A stretch of DNA of 64,000 nucleotides from Bacilli bacterium (GTDB lineage Bacteria > Bacillota_I > Bacilli_A > RF39 > UBA660), in contig JBBAFH010000003.1 of NCBI GenBank assembly GCA_041655535.1, forward strand, positions 4,081 through 68,080. The letters are read 5' to 3'. A program made the translations under genes and the position numbers. Below are positions 49,261 through 58,662 of this stretch, in pieces (position 1 is the first letter of the stretch; each line of letters begins with the position of its first letter). A model generated the notes under the pieces. It was not told the DNA's origin. It saw nothing but the letters and a program-made list of their open reading frames with translations, and did not search any database.

Positions 49261-49383
49261 ATGAAAAGAACTTTTCAACCTAATAAAAGAAAAAGAAGTA
49301 AAAAACAAGGTTTTTTTGCACGTATGAAATCTAATATAATAAATAGAAGACGTAAAAAAGGACGCAAAGTTTTATCACACTAA
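49261..49383 (+). CDS. rpmH: 50S ribosomal protein L34
   Basis: Not in the track (40 aa). SD AGGAGGTG. Translation is [40 protein letters not shown]. Confidence 0.92.
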   Translation: MKRTFQPNKRKRSKKQGFFARMKSNIINRRRKKGRKVLSH

Positions 49384-49425
49384 AAACACTACGCACTGTG
49401 GTGTTTTATTCTCTGGAGTGAAAAT

Positions 49426-49755
49426 ATGAAAAAAAAGAATATATTAAAACAAAATAGTGAATATAATAGAATTATTCAAACATTTAAACCTATTCGCTAT
49501 AAATATTTAAGTCTTTATATTGAAAGGACAACCGAAGAGAATTATTTTTTTGGTTTTTCAGTAGGTAAAAAAATTGGTAATGCTGTTAAAAGAAATAAAA
49601 TAAAAAGACAGTTAAAATCAATAATTGATAAAAACCCCTACCAAAATGGATTTAATTGTATTATAATGGTAAATAGTGGAATAATTAAAAAATCATTCCA
49701 AGAAATAGAGATAGATTTAAATAAAATAATAAAGGATATTAATATTTTAAAATAG
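49426..49755 (+). CDS. rnpA: Ribonuclease P protein component
   Basis: 109 aa and basic. Contains FGFSVGKKIGNAVKRNKIKRQLK. Follows rpmH. Confidence 0.9.
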   Translation: MKKKNILKQNSEYNRIIQTFKPIRYKYLSLYIERTTEENYFFGFSVGKKIGNAVKRNKIKRQLKSIIDKNPYQNGFNCIIMVNSGIIKKSFQEIEIDLNKIIKDINILK

Positions 49756-49769
49756 TTAGGAGAAACTAA

Positions 49770-50678
49770 ATGAAAAAAAAATATATCAAAATACTATTAA
49801 TCTTTGTTTTAATATTTGCTGTATCAGGATGCACTAAAAATTTCAACGATGAAGGAAAAATATATACCGAAAATATTTTGTGTAGACCAGAAAAAGCAGA
49901 GACAATTCAAGTATATGAAAAAAACAACATACAAATTGAAAATTTAAAGGAATGTGAAAATTTTAAAATAACAGATGGTGGTTATGAAGGATTATGGACA
50001 ACTGTATTTGTTAAGCCACTAGCCTTCCTTTTAATTCAAGCTGGAAAAGTTTTAAACAGTTATGGATTAGCCATTATAGCGATAACAATCTTTTTAAGAT
50101 TACTAGTAGTTCCGTTAACAGCAAAAACGGCAGCTCAATCTACTAATATGGGGAAAGCTCAACCAGAATTAGAAAAGTTAAATAAAAAATATTCAAATAA
50201 AACTGATCGTGATTCGTTGATGCTAAAAAGTCAAGAACAACTATTAATATATAAAAAGTATGATATAAAACCAATGTCAGGATGTTTATTTGCTTTTATT
50301 CAAATTCCATTATTTTTTGCTTTTTTTGAAGCAATAAATAGGCTACCTGTTTTATTTGAAGAAAATTTTTTAGGTTTGTTTGAATTAAGAAGAACACCAA
50401 TGGAAGCTTTTGCGCTTAATCAATATTATTATATAATATTTGTTATATTGATTATTGGTACAACTTATTTTTCGTTTAAATTAAATAAAACAGTATCAAT
50501 GTCACCAGAACAAGAAAAGCAAATGAAAATGACAACCAATATTATGATTGTAATGATATCAATATTCTCATTTAATTTAACAACCGGAATTGGACTATAT
50601 TGGATATTTAATAGTGGATTTACTATTGTTCAAAACTTAATTGTGAAAGGGAGTAAAAAAAATGCTGCAAATTCATAA
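49770..50678 (+). CDS. yidC: Membrane protein insertase YidC (lipoprotein type, SpoIIIJ/YqjG-like)
   Basis: Contains the lipobox FAVSGC, YGLAIIAITIFLRLLVVPL, and GLYWIFNSGFTIVQ. Confidence 0.93.
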   Translation: MKKKYIKILLIFVLIFAVSGCTKNFNDEGKIYTENILCRPEKAETIQVYEKNNIQIENLKECENFKITDGGYEGLWTTVFVKPLAFLLIQAGKVLNSYGLAIIAITIFLRLLVVPLTAKTAAQSTNMGKAQPELEKLNKKYSNKTDRDSLMLKSQEQLLIYKKYDIKPMSGCLFAFIQIPLFFAFFEAINRLPVLFEENFLGLFELRRTPMEAFALNQYYYIIFVILIIGTTYFSFKLNKTVSMSPEQEKQMKMTTNIMIVMISIFSFNLTTGIGLYWIFNSGFTIVQNLIVKGSKKNAANS

Positions 50679-51276
50679 TTTCGAGGGAAAATCAAAAGAA
50701 GATGTATTAGAAAAGGCTCTTAATGATTTAGAGGTAATTGAAGAAGAAATAATAACAGAATTTACGGAAGTAGAGGCTAAATTATTTAAAAGTAAAAAAT
50801 ACGAATTAAAAGTTTTAAAAATAGAAGATTTAAAAAGTTATTTAAAAACCTTTTTTACTACTGTTTCCAACTTAATGGATGTAGATATAAATTGTGAAAT
50901 TCAAATTCGTGATGATATATTAAAAATAAATTTAATAACTTCTGATAATGCTATTATTATTGGAAAAGAAGGAAAAACATTAAATTCTTTCCAACAAATA
51001 TTAAGACAGTCACTAAACAATCAAATCCCGTTTAATATAAAGGTGAGTGTTGATGTTTCTGGATATAGAACTAAAAAGATCAAAAATTTAGAATACGATA
51101 TTAGAGATATTGCTAAAGAAGTTTTAAAAACTAAAATTGATGTTAAGTTAGATGAAATGAATTCATATGAAAGAAGAATTGTTCACACAGTAATAGGAAC
51201 ATATGATGAGCTAGAGACAGAAAGCATAGGTAAAGAACCAAATCGATACATTGTTATAAAATATAAAGAAAAATAA
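50662..51276 (+). CDS. jag: RNA-binding protein Jag/KhpB (Jag_N, KH and R3H domains)
   Basis: Contains the KH-like motif IIGKEGKTLNSFQ and the R3H motif MNSYERRIVHTVI. Follows yidC. Confidence 0.9.
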   Translation: MLQIHNFEGKSKEDVLEKALNDLEVIEEEIITEFTEVEAKLFKSKKYELKVLKIEDLKSYLKTFFTTVSNLMDVDINCEIQIRDDILKINLITSDNAIIIGKEGKTLNSFQQILRQSLNNQIPFNIKVSVDVSGYRTKKIKNLEYDIRDIAKEVLKTKIDVKLDEMNSYERRIVHTVIGTYDELETESIGKEPNRYIVIKYKEK

Positions 51277-51415
51277 AATTAAGCCAATTATTTAAACAAC
51301 TTAAATAATTGCTTTTTTTATAAATTATTGACTACTAATTGTTATTATTGTAGAATTAATTTATAAAAGGGGTGATAAAATTAAAACATTTGATAAATTA
51401 GAATATTATGAAATA

Positions 51416-51892
51416 GTGAAGCCAATAATAAAAAATTATGAGTTTCAGATTAGAAAGACATATCAACATCATGATAACGAATCTGTTTTCATTCATTCTT
51501 TAAAAGTTTCAATTTTATCATATAAGATTGCTAAAAAATTAAAAATGGATTATAATAGTGCTGCTATTGGAGGATTACTTCATGATTTTTATAGTGAACC
51601 TTGGTTGATAGATGGAAAAATCAATAATAAGAAAAGTGATAAAAAAATCTCATCTAAACACGGTTTCGCACATGCTAAAGATGCTCTAAATAATTCGAAA
51701 ACTCATTTCGATTATTTATTGAATAAAAAAACCGAAAATATTATTTTAAGACATATGTTTCCACTTAACATTACTCCTCCTCGCTATTTAGAAGCGTGGA
51801 TTGTAACAATAGTTGATAAATATATATCTCTTAGTATTTTTAAAAATCCAAAAGAACTTCCTAAATATATAGGAATAAAAATAAAGAAGTGA
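51416..51892 (+). CDS. HD-domain metal-dependent phosphohydrolase
   Basis: Contains the HD motifs HSLKVS and GGLLHDF. The GTG at 51416 (track start) has no SD, so the start may instead be AUU at 51380, 4 nt after AAGGGGTGA. Confidence 0.75.
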   Translation: MKPIIKNYEFQIRKTYQHHDNESVFIHSLKVSILSYKIAKKLKMDYNSAAIGGLLHDFYSEPWLIDGKINNKKSDKKISSKHGFAHAKDALNNSKTHFDYLLNKKTENIILRHMFPLNITPPRYLEAWIVTIVDKYISLSIFKNPKELPKYIGIKIKK

Positions 51893-51901
51893 GGTGAAAA
51901 A

Positions 51902-53257
51902 ATGGATGATACTATAGTTGCAATATCGACAGCTCTAGGTGTTGGGGCAATATCGATTGTCCGTCTTAGTGGTAAAGAAGCGATTAGCATTGTAAATAAT
52001 GTTTTTGTTGGTAAAAATTTAGAAACAGTTGATTCTCACACGATTAATTATGGTCATATAATTGAAGAAAACAAAATCATAGATGAAGTTTTAATTTCAA
52101 TTATGCATGGTCCAAAAACTTTTACTCGTGAAGATATTGTTGAAATTAATTGCCACGGTGGAATAACAACAACTAATAAAGTTCTTCAAGTTTTATTAAA
52201 TAGTGGTTGTCGATTAGCAGAACCAGGCGAATTTACCAAAAGAGCTTTTTTGAATGGTAGAATTGACTTACTTGAAGCTGAAGGAATAATGGATTTAATA
52301 AATTCCAAAACTGAGCAATCACGTGAATTAGCACTTAATCAAGTTGGTGGAAAAGTTTCAAAATTAATTCAAAATTTACGTCAACAACTTCTTGAAATAA
52401 TTGCGAATATTGAAGTAAATATCGATTATCCAGAATATGAAGATATCCCTGAACTAACAATTCAACATTTAAAATTACAAATAGGAAATATCAAAACACA
52501 AATAAACACAATTATTAAAGAAAGTGAAAATGGGAAAATTATTAAAGAAGGAATTAAAACTTCAATTATAGGTCGACCAAATGTAGGAAAAAGTAGTATA
52601 TTAAACAAATTAATTGATGAAGATAAAGCAATAGTAACAGATGTTCCGGGAACAACAAGAGATATTGTAGAAGGTACACTTAATATTGGTGGTTTGATTC
52701 TTAATATGATAGATACAGCGGGTATTAGAAAAACAGATGATATTGTTGAAAGCCTAGGTGTTAAAAAGAGTTTAGATCTTATTGAAAATTCTGATTTAAT
52801 TTTATATGTCTTAAATAATAATGAATCTATAAATGCTGAAGATTTAGAGATAATCTCAAAATTAGAAAATAAGAATTATATAATTATAATTAATAAAATT
52901 GATCTAACAAAAAAAATTGATGAAACAAAAATACCTAGTGAAAATATTGTATATGTAAGTACAATTAAAAACAGTGGTATTATTGAATTAAAAGAAAAAA
53001 TAAAAGAAATTTTTAATTTAGAACAAATTGTTACTAACGATTTAACATATTTGACTAATGCCAGAAGTATTTCAATTTTAAAACAAGCTCTAAAAAGTAT
53101 TGGAAATGTTGAGCTTGGAATTGCAAATGAGATGTATATAGATATGATTGAAATCGATATCAAAAGTATATGGCAAAAATTAGGTGAAATAACCGGGGAT
53201 ACATACGAGGATGAATTAATAGATCAATTATTTAGTCAATTTTGTTTGGGTAAATAA
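51902..53257 (+). CDS. mnmE: tRNA modification GTPase MnmE
   Basis: Contains DTIVAISTA, G1 GRPNVGKSS, DTAGIR, and the C-terminal FCLGK. Confidence 0.96.
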   Translation: MDDTIVAISTALGVGAISIVRLSGKEAISIVNNVFVGKNLETVDSHTINYGHIIEENKIIDEVLISIMHGPKTFTREDIVEINCHGGITTTNKVLQVLLNSGCRLAEPGEFTKRAFLNGRIDLLEAEGIMDLINSKTEQSRELALNQVGGKVSKLIQNLRQQLLEIIANIEVNIDYPEYEDIPELTIQHLKLQIGNIKTQINTIIKESENGKIIKEGIKTSIIGRPNVGKSSILNKLIDEDKAIVTDVPGTTRDIVEGTLNIGGLILNMIDTAGIRKTDDIVESLGVKKSLDLIENSDLILYVLNNNESINAEDLEIISKLENKNYIIIINKIDLTKKIDETKIPSENIVYVSTIKNSGIIELKEKIKEIFNLEQIVTNDLTYLTNARSISILKQALKSIGNVELGIANEMYIDMIEIDIKSIWQKLGEITGDTYEDELIDQLFSQFCLGK

Positions 53258-53315
53258 ATATTGTTTATAAAAAGAAGTTGTGCTATACTTTAACTAGGAA
53301 AAAAAGGTGAGTTAG

Positions 53316-54314
53316 ATGGAAATAATTAGTTTTGCGCTTAGAGGAAATTATAAAAGATTTTACAATGATTTAAAAACAATTAGTAAAAAAAATGGGAAAA
53401 GTCCGTTTCTAATGTTTAGCGATACTGTATTATCAACCCTATTTTTAGGTAGTGGTATGCAAGATTATTTGAATTATCGTTTTTATGAGAGATCTTGGAA
53501 AGAAAGAAAAGAATATGCGACAATTGGTTACTTATCAAAATTTTATGAGAAAGCAGCCAACATTAAATATGCTCCATTTATTTCTACTAAGACAAACTTT
53601 TTTAAAAATTATGGTGAATTTACCAAAAGAGATATGTATGACCCTGAGGATGGATATAATAAGTTTTTAGAATTTATAAAAAAACATAAAGTTTTTATAA
53701 AAAAGCCTACAATCGGTTTAGGTGGCGACGGAATAACTAAAGTGGAAACTAAACAAATTAAAAATACTAAAAAATTCTATAAAGAAATTAAAGAAAATAA
53801 AATGTATTTAGAAGAATTTATTATTCAAAATAAAGACTGGGGAAAAATTAATCCAGGAAGTGTTAACACAATAAGAGTTATGACTTCAGCGATTAATGGG
53901 AAAGTTGATATTTTCTTTATGGCTGCAAGAATAGGCCACGGAGATAGTGTTGTTGATAATTTTCATGCAGGTGGTTTATCAACCTTGATTGATATTGAAA
54001 AAGGAATACTAAAAGGACCAGGGTATACAAAAAAACTTGAAAAATCCAATGTTCACCCTCTAACAAAAGTAGTGATTGATGGTTATAAAATACCTTATTT
54101 TGAAGAGATAAAAGAAATGGTTACAAAAGCAGCTTTAGTTAATGATAAAATTCATATTGTTGGATGGGATGTTGCTATTACTGATAAAGGCCCTTTAATT
54201 ATTGAAGGAAATCGAGGCCCAGGTTGGGATTTGGTTCAAATTCTTTTAAATAAAGGTGGAAAATATATGTTACGGAAAATCGAAAAAGAAATGAAAGATC
54301 ATAATTTATGGTAG
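53316..54314 (+). CDS. ATP-grasp protein of the sugar-transfer-associated (ATPgrasp_ST) / alpha-L-glutamate ligase-related type
   Basis: 332 aa. Contains FIKKPTIGLGGDGI, NTIRVMT, DNFHAGGL, and IVGWDVAITDKGPLIIEGNRGPG, typical of that family. Recognised by eye only. Confidence 0.6.
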   Translation: MEIISFALRGNYKRFYNDLKTISKKNGKSPFLMFSDTVLSTLFLGSGMQDYLNYRFYERSWKERKEYATIGYLSKFYEKAANIKYAPFISTKTNFFKNYGEFTKRDMYDPEDGYNKFLEFIKKHKVFIKKPTIGLGGDGITKVETKQIKNTKKFYKEIKENKMYLEEFIIQNKDWGKINPGSVNTIRVMTSAINGKVDIFFMAARIGHGDSVVDNFHAGGLSTLIDIEKGILKGPGYTKKLEKSNVHPLTKVVIDGYKIPYFEEIKEMVTKAALVNDKIHIVGWDVAITDKGPLIIEGNRGPGWDLVQILLNKGGKYMLRKIEKEMKDHNLW

Positions 54315-54368
54315 AAAGGGTTTCTTACTCTTTTTATTTTTCAATTTTATAGATAAAGGAGGTGTAAA

Positions 54369-56237
54369 ATGGAATATGAAATTATTGTTGTTGGAGCTGG
54401 GCACGCTGGTTGTGAGGCTGCTTTAGCGTCAGCTAGAAAAAATCACAAAACTTTATTAATAACTAGTAATATAAATAACATTGCTGACATGGCATGTAAT
54501 CCATCAGTTGGAGGAAGTGCAAAAGGAATTGTTGTTAGAGAAATAGATGCTTTGGGTGGAGAAATGGGAAAAGTAGCTGATCGATCACAAATTCAAATTA
54601 AAAAATTGAATAGTAGAAAGGGACCAGCTGTTCAAGCTTTAAGAGCTCAAATAGACAAAATTGTTTATCCTAAGGAAATGGTAAAGGTTTTAAATGATCA
54701 ACCAAACTTAAAAATAATGGAAGCAATGGTTGAAGATTTGATAATAAAAGATAACCAAGTAAACGGGGTTTTATTAAATGATAAAACAAAAATAATTGGT
54801 AAAATGGTAATTTTAACAACAGGTACTTACTTAAAATCAGATGTTTTAATAGGTAGTACAAGGACGAGAAAAGGTCCACATGATGAAAAACCTAGTTTAC
54901 ATCTAAGCGATAACTTAAAAGAACTAGGGTTTCAAATTCTTAGATTAAAAACAGGAACGCCACCTCGTATTGATAAAAATACAATTGATTTTAGCAAGAC
55001 AAAAATCGAAACTGGTGATAATGTTTATTTAAGTTTTAATCATGATTTTACTTATGATTATGAAATAGAAGGTCAACAACCTTGCTATTTAACATATACA
55101 AATGCAAAATTGCATCAATTAATTCAAGAAAATTTAGAAAAATCCAGTATGTATGGAGGTTTAAATGACATTGTTAGTGTTGGACCAAGATATTGCCCTT
55201 CTATTGAAGATAAAGTAGTTCGTTTTTCTGATAGAGAACGCCACCAAATATTTTTGGAACCTGAAAGTATTTATTACGATGACATTTACATACAAGGGTT
55301 TTCTACAAGCATGCCCCACGACATTCAAGAAAAAATGGTTAAGAGTATTAGTGGTTTAGAAAACGCAAGAATTTTAAAATTTGCTTATGCAATAGAGTAC
55401 GATGCTATTAATCCAACTCAAATTAAGCAAAGTTTAGAAACAAAAATAATTGAAAACTTGTATACTGCTGGACAAATTAACGGTACTAGTGGTTATGAAG
55501 AAGCAGCTTGCCAAGGGTTAATTGCTGGAATAAATGCCTCGTTAAAATTGGAGGGAAAAGAACCTTTGATTTTAAAAAGAAGTGATGCTTATATTGGAGT
55601 ATTAATAGATGATCTAGTCACTAAAGGGGTAATTGATCCATACAGACTTTTAACCTCAAGAGCAGAATATCGCCTACTATTAAGACATGATAATGCTGAT
55701 ATAAGATTAAGGCAATATGGTTACGAAGTTGGTCTAATAGATGAAGATAGATATCAAAAATTTCAAGAAAAATTATTGAATATTAGTAAACTTGAAAATC
55801 TTTTAAAAAACAATAAAATAACTCCTACTAAAGAAGTAAATGAATATTTAGAAAGCATTAATTCTGCAATAATAAAAGATGGTATTACAATATATGATAT
55901 TTTAAAAAGGCCAGAAGTTGATATTGAAAAATTAAGAAGATTTATAGATATTCCCTATTCAACTGAAATAATTGAACAAGTAGAAATAAATATCAAATAT
56001 GAGGGTTATATTAATAAGGCTTTAAAAGAAGCTGAAAAGATGATTAAGTTGGAAATGAAGAAAATACCAGACAATATTGATTATAATAAGATTCACAATC
56101 TTGCTAGTGAAGCAAAACAAAAATTGAAAACAATACGTCCGACTTCAATCGGGCAAGCTCTACGTATTAGTGGTGTTAATCCAAGCGATATATCAATACT
56201 TATGGTGTATTTAAAAAAGGGTGAAAGAAATGAATGA
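54369..56237 (+). CDS. mnmG: tRNA uridine 5-carboxymethylaminomethyl modification enzyme MnmG
   Basis: Contains the FAD motif VVGAGHAGCEAA, GPRYCPSIEDK, and AGQINGTSGYEEAA. Confidence 0.97.
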   Translation: MEYEIIVVGAGHAGCEAALASARKNHKTLLITSNINNIADMACNPSVGGSAKGIVVREIDALGGEMGKVADRSQIQIKKLNSRKGPAVQALRAQIDKIVYPKEMVKVLNDQPNLKIMEAMVEDLIIKDNQVNGVLLNDKTKIIGKMVILTTGTYLKSDVLIGSTRTRKGPHDEKPSLHLSDNLKELGFQILRLKTGTPPRIDKNTIDFSKTKIETGDNVYLSFNHDFTYDYEIEGQQPCYLTYTNAKLHQLIQENLEKSSMYGGLNDIVSVGPRYCPSIEDKVVRFSDRERHQIFLEPESIYYDDIYIQGFSTSMPHDIQEKMVKSISGLENARILKFAYAIEYDAINPTQIKQSLETKIIENLYTAGQINGTSGYEEAACQGLIAGINASLKLEGKEPLILKRSDAYIGVLIDDLVTKGVIDPYRLLTSRAEYRLLLRHDNADIRLRQYGYEVGLIDEDRYQKFQEKLLNISKLENLLKNNKITPTKEVNEYLESINSAIIKDGITIYDILKRPEVDIEKLRRFIDIPYSTEIIEQVEINIKYEGYINKALKEAEKMIKLEMKKIPDNIDYNKIHNLASEAKQKLKTIRPTSIGQALRISGVNPSDISILMVYLKKGERNE

Positions 56238-56934
56238 ACAGGAATTTGTGCAAGCAATTAGTGAATTAGGAATTGAAATAACTGATTATCAAAGAAAACA
56301 ATTTAAAAAGTACTATGAATTGCTTATTGAGTGGAACGAAAAAATGAATTTAACCGGAATTACTAAAAAGGAAGAAGTCTATTTAAAACATTTCTATGAT
56401 AGTGCAACAATAATTAAAATTATAAAAGTTGAGGATTTTCAAAATCTATGTGATGTTGGTTCTGGTGCAGGTTTTCCCGGTGTGATAATCAAAATATTAT
56501 ACCCTGATTTAAAAATTACCTTGATTGATTCATTACTGAAACGAATTACCTTTTTAGATGAAGTAATTAAAGAATTGAAACTTGAAAAAATAGAGACAAT
56601 TCACTGTCGAATTGAAGAATTTGGTCAAGAAAATAGGGAGTCTTTTGATATTGTAACAGCACGAGCGGTTGCACCCTTAAATGTTTTATTGGAATACTGT
56701 ATTCCTATAGTAAAAAAGGACAAATTTTTCGTACCATTAAAAGGTAATATTTCCCGGGAAATAAGTTTATCGAATAAAGCACTTATTGAATTAAAATGTA
56801 AGATTATAAATAAGATGGAGTTTTATTTGCCAATAGAGAATAGTTTTAGAAGTTTGATACTTGTAAAAAAAGAAGAATTAACACCAATGAAATATCCTAG
56901 AAGGTTCGATAAAATAAAGAAAAAACCATTATAA
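56221..56934 (+). CDS. rsmG: 16S rRNA (guanine527-N7)-methyltransferase RsmG
   Basis: Contains the SAM motif DVGSGAGFPG and ARAVA. An alternative start is ATG at 56230. Confidence 0.93.
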   Translation: MKEMNEQEFVQAISELGIEITDYQRKQFKKYYELLIEWNEKMNLTGITKKEEVYLKHFYDSATIIKIIKVEDFQNLCDVGSGAGFPGVIIKILYPDLKITLIDSLLKRITFLDEVIKELKLEKIETIHCRIEEFGQENRESFDIVTARAVAPLNVLLEYCIPIVKKDKFFVPLKGNISREISLSNKALIELKCKIINKMEFYLPIENSFRSLILVKKEELTPMKYPRRFDKIKKKPL

Positions 56935-56935
56935 G

Positions 56936-56960
56936 GTGAGTGAATACTCACTTTTTCTTT
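56936..56960 (+). terminator. Rho-independent terminator after rsmG
   Basis: Stem GTGAGT, loop gaat, stem ACTCAC, followed by TTTTTCTTTTT. Confidence 0.7.
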
Positions 56961-56982
56961 TTTTGGGAAATATTTCCCAAAA
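56961..56982. promoter_or_regulatory. 22-bp perfect palindrome upstream of the noc-like gene (candidate protein-binding site)
   Basis: TTTTGGGAAATATTTCCCAAAA. It is not followed by a T-run on either strand, so it is unlikely to be a terminator. It lies ~30 bp upstream of a plausible promoter (TTATCT...TATAGT) for the gene starting at 57049. Confidence 0.5.
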
Positions 56983-57048
56983 CATATTGTTTTATCTTAA
57001 AAATTATAGTATCATATATATATAAAAGAATAAAAAGGGAGGTAAAGT

Positions 57049-58548
57049 GTGGAAAACGATAAAAAAATTGTTAATTTAAATTTGGATGATATATTGCCTA
57101 ATAGATTCCAACCAAGAATTAAATTTGACGAAAAAGCTATTAATGAATTAGCTGGTTCTATAAAAGAACACGGTGTAATTCAACCAATTTTAGTTAGAGA
57201 AATTGGTGATAAATACGAAATAATCGCTGGTGAAAGAAGATATAAAGCTAGTACTGTTGCGGGGTTAGAAAAAATACCAGCTATTATTAATAATTTAAAT
57301 GATCATGATAGTGCCGAAGTTGCACTTATTGAAAATATTCAAAGAAAAGATCTAACACCTATTGAAGAGGCAATATCTTATAAAAAAATATTGGATATGG
57401 GGTATTTGAATCAAGAGTCATTAGCATCAAAGATTGATCGTAATCAATCAACGATTTCAAATAAATTACGATTACTTAATTTAGATGATTTAGTACAAGA
57501 GGCATTATTAGATAATAAAATATCTGAAAGACATGCTCGTTCTTTACTTAGACTATCGGATAAAACAAAACAACAAGAAATGTTAAACAGAATTATTGCC
57601 GAACGTTTAACAGTTAGAAGAACTGATGAAGAAATCGATAAATTGTTAGATGTTGTAAGCAAACCTGAAGAAAATCGAAATGAGGAAATAAAAATGAATA
57701 ATCCATCTCAAAAAGATATTTTCAACATGCCATCAACACCAATAATTGAAGAAATAGAAATTTTTGATGATTTTGAAAATATTGATGAACAACCAGCGAT
57801 AGTTTCTTTTCCGAAAAATGAGATTGAAGAAACAAACTTTAAACCTGGTTTTTTAGATATTGATAAAATCGAAAAAAATGCTGAGGAAATTCATGTTGAA
57901 AAACCAGTGGCAGACTTGGATAGTTTGTTAAAATCAGATGAACAATTTGCTGATTTAAACTCTGTTCAAAATGATCCGATTATTGAGCCACAGGTAACAG
58001 AAGGAAAATTCTTTAGTTTTGTTACCAACGATGTTAATAACCTTGGAACCAAAGAATATGATGATGGAAAGTTCAATGATTTTGATTTCAAAATAGATAA
58101 CGTAGAAACTACACAAAATTTAAATACTGAGGAAACAGACGTGAAACCAATAACTATTGAAGAACCAATAAACCCTGAAATTAATTATAATATTGAACCA
58201 GATATTCAACCGACAGCAAATAATGATTTTTCTAATAGTAACTATTTTGATAATATTCAACCTGATTACAACTTTAATTTTGATGAAGAAGAAACAACAG
58301 AAGCAATAGGAGAACCTAAAACCGACGTTAATGAATTCGAATCAGTTGAACCGAATTATAATATCCCAGCCGTGAATGATTTAGATTCTGCTAGCATTGA
58401 AAATAATTCAGGAAATTTTCAAGAAGTTATAATGTATGCTAGAAGCTGTGGGAAAAAGATTGAAGAACTTGGATATTTTATAGATGTTGACGAAGTAGAT
58501 TTTGGAGATAAGTATCAAATTACTTTTAAAATTAGTAAAATTAAATAA
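57049..58548 (+). CDS. noc: ParB/Noc-family protein (Noc-like by position) with a long acidic insertion
   Basis: GTG start with SD AAGGGAGG. Contains the ParB N-domain motifs LPNRFQPR and GERRYKAS, the HTH motif QSTISNKLRLL, and ISERHARSLL. The C-terminal ...FGDKYQITFKISKIK resembles the Noc C-terminal end. It is 499 aa, against roughly 280-290 aa for typical Noc. Confidence 0.75.
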   Translation: MENDKKIVNLNLDDILPNRFQPRIKFDEKAINELAGSIKEHGVIQPILVREIGDKYEIIAGERRYKASTVAGLEKIPAIINNLNDHDSAEVALIENIQRKDLTPIEEAISYKKILDMGYLNQESLASKIDRNQSTISNKLRLLNLDDLVQEALLDNKISERHARSLLRLSDKTKQQEMLNRIIAERLTVRRTDEEIDKLLDVVSKPEENRNEEIKMNNPSQKDIFNMPSTPIIEEIEIFDDFENIDEQPAIVSFPKNEIEETNFKPGFLDIDKIEKNAEEIHVEKPVADLDSLLKSDEQFADLNSVQNDPIIEPQVTEGKFFSFVTNDVNNLGTKEYDDGKFNDFDFKIDNVETTQNLNTEETDVKPITIEEPINPEINYNIEPDIQPTANNDFSNSNYFDNIQPDYNFNFDEEETTEAIGEPKTDVNEFESVEPNYNIPAVNDLDSASIENNSGNFQEVIMYARSCGKKIEELGYFIDVDEVDFGDKYQITFKISKIK

Positions 58549-58662
58549 TTATCAAGATTAACACAAAAGGAGTTAAATTTGTTTTAACTCTTTTTTTAAC
58601 TCTTAAAAAAGTAAAATCTTGTTTATATAATATAATAATGATAAAATGATTGGGGTGGTAAT

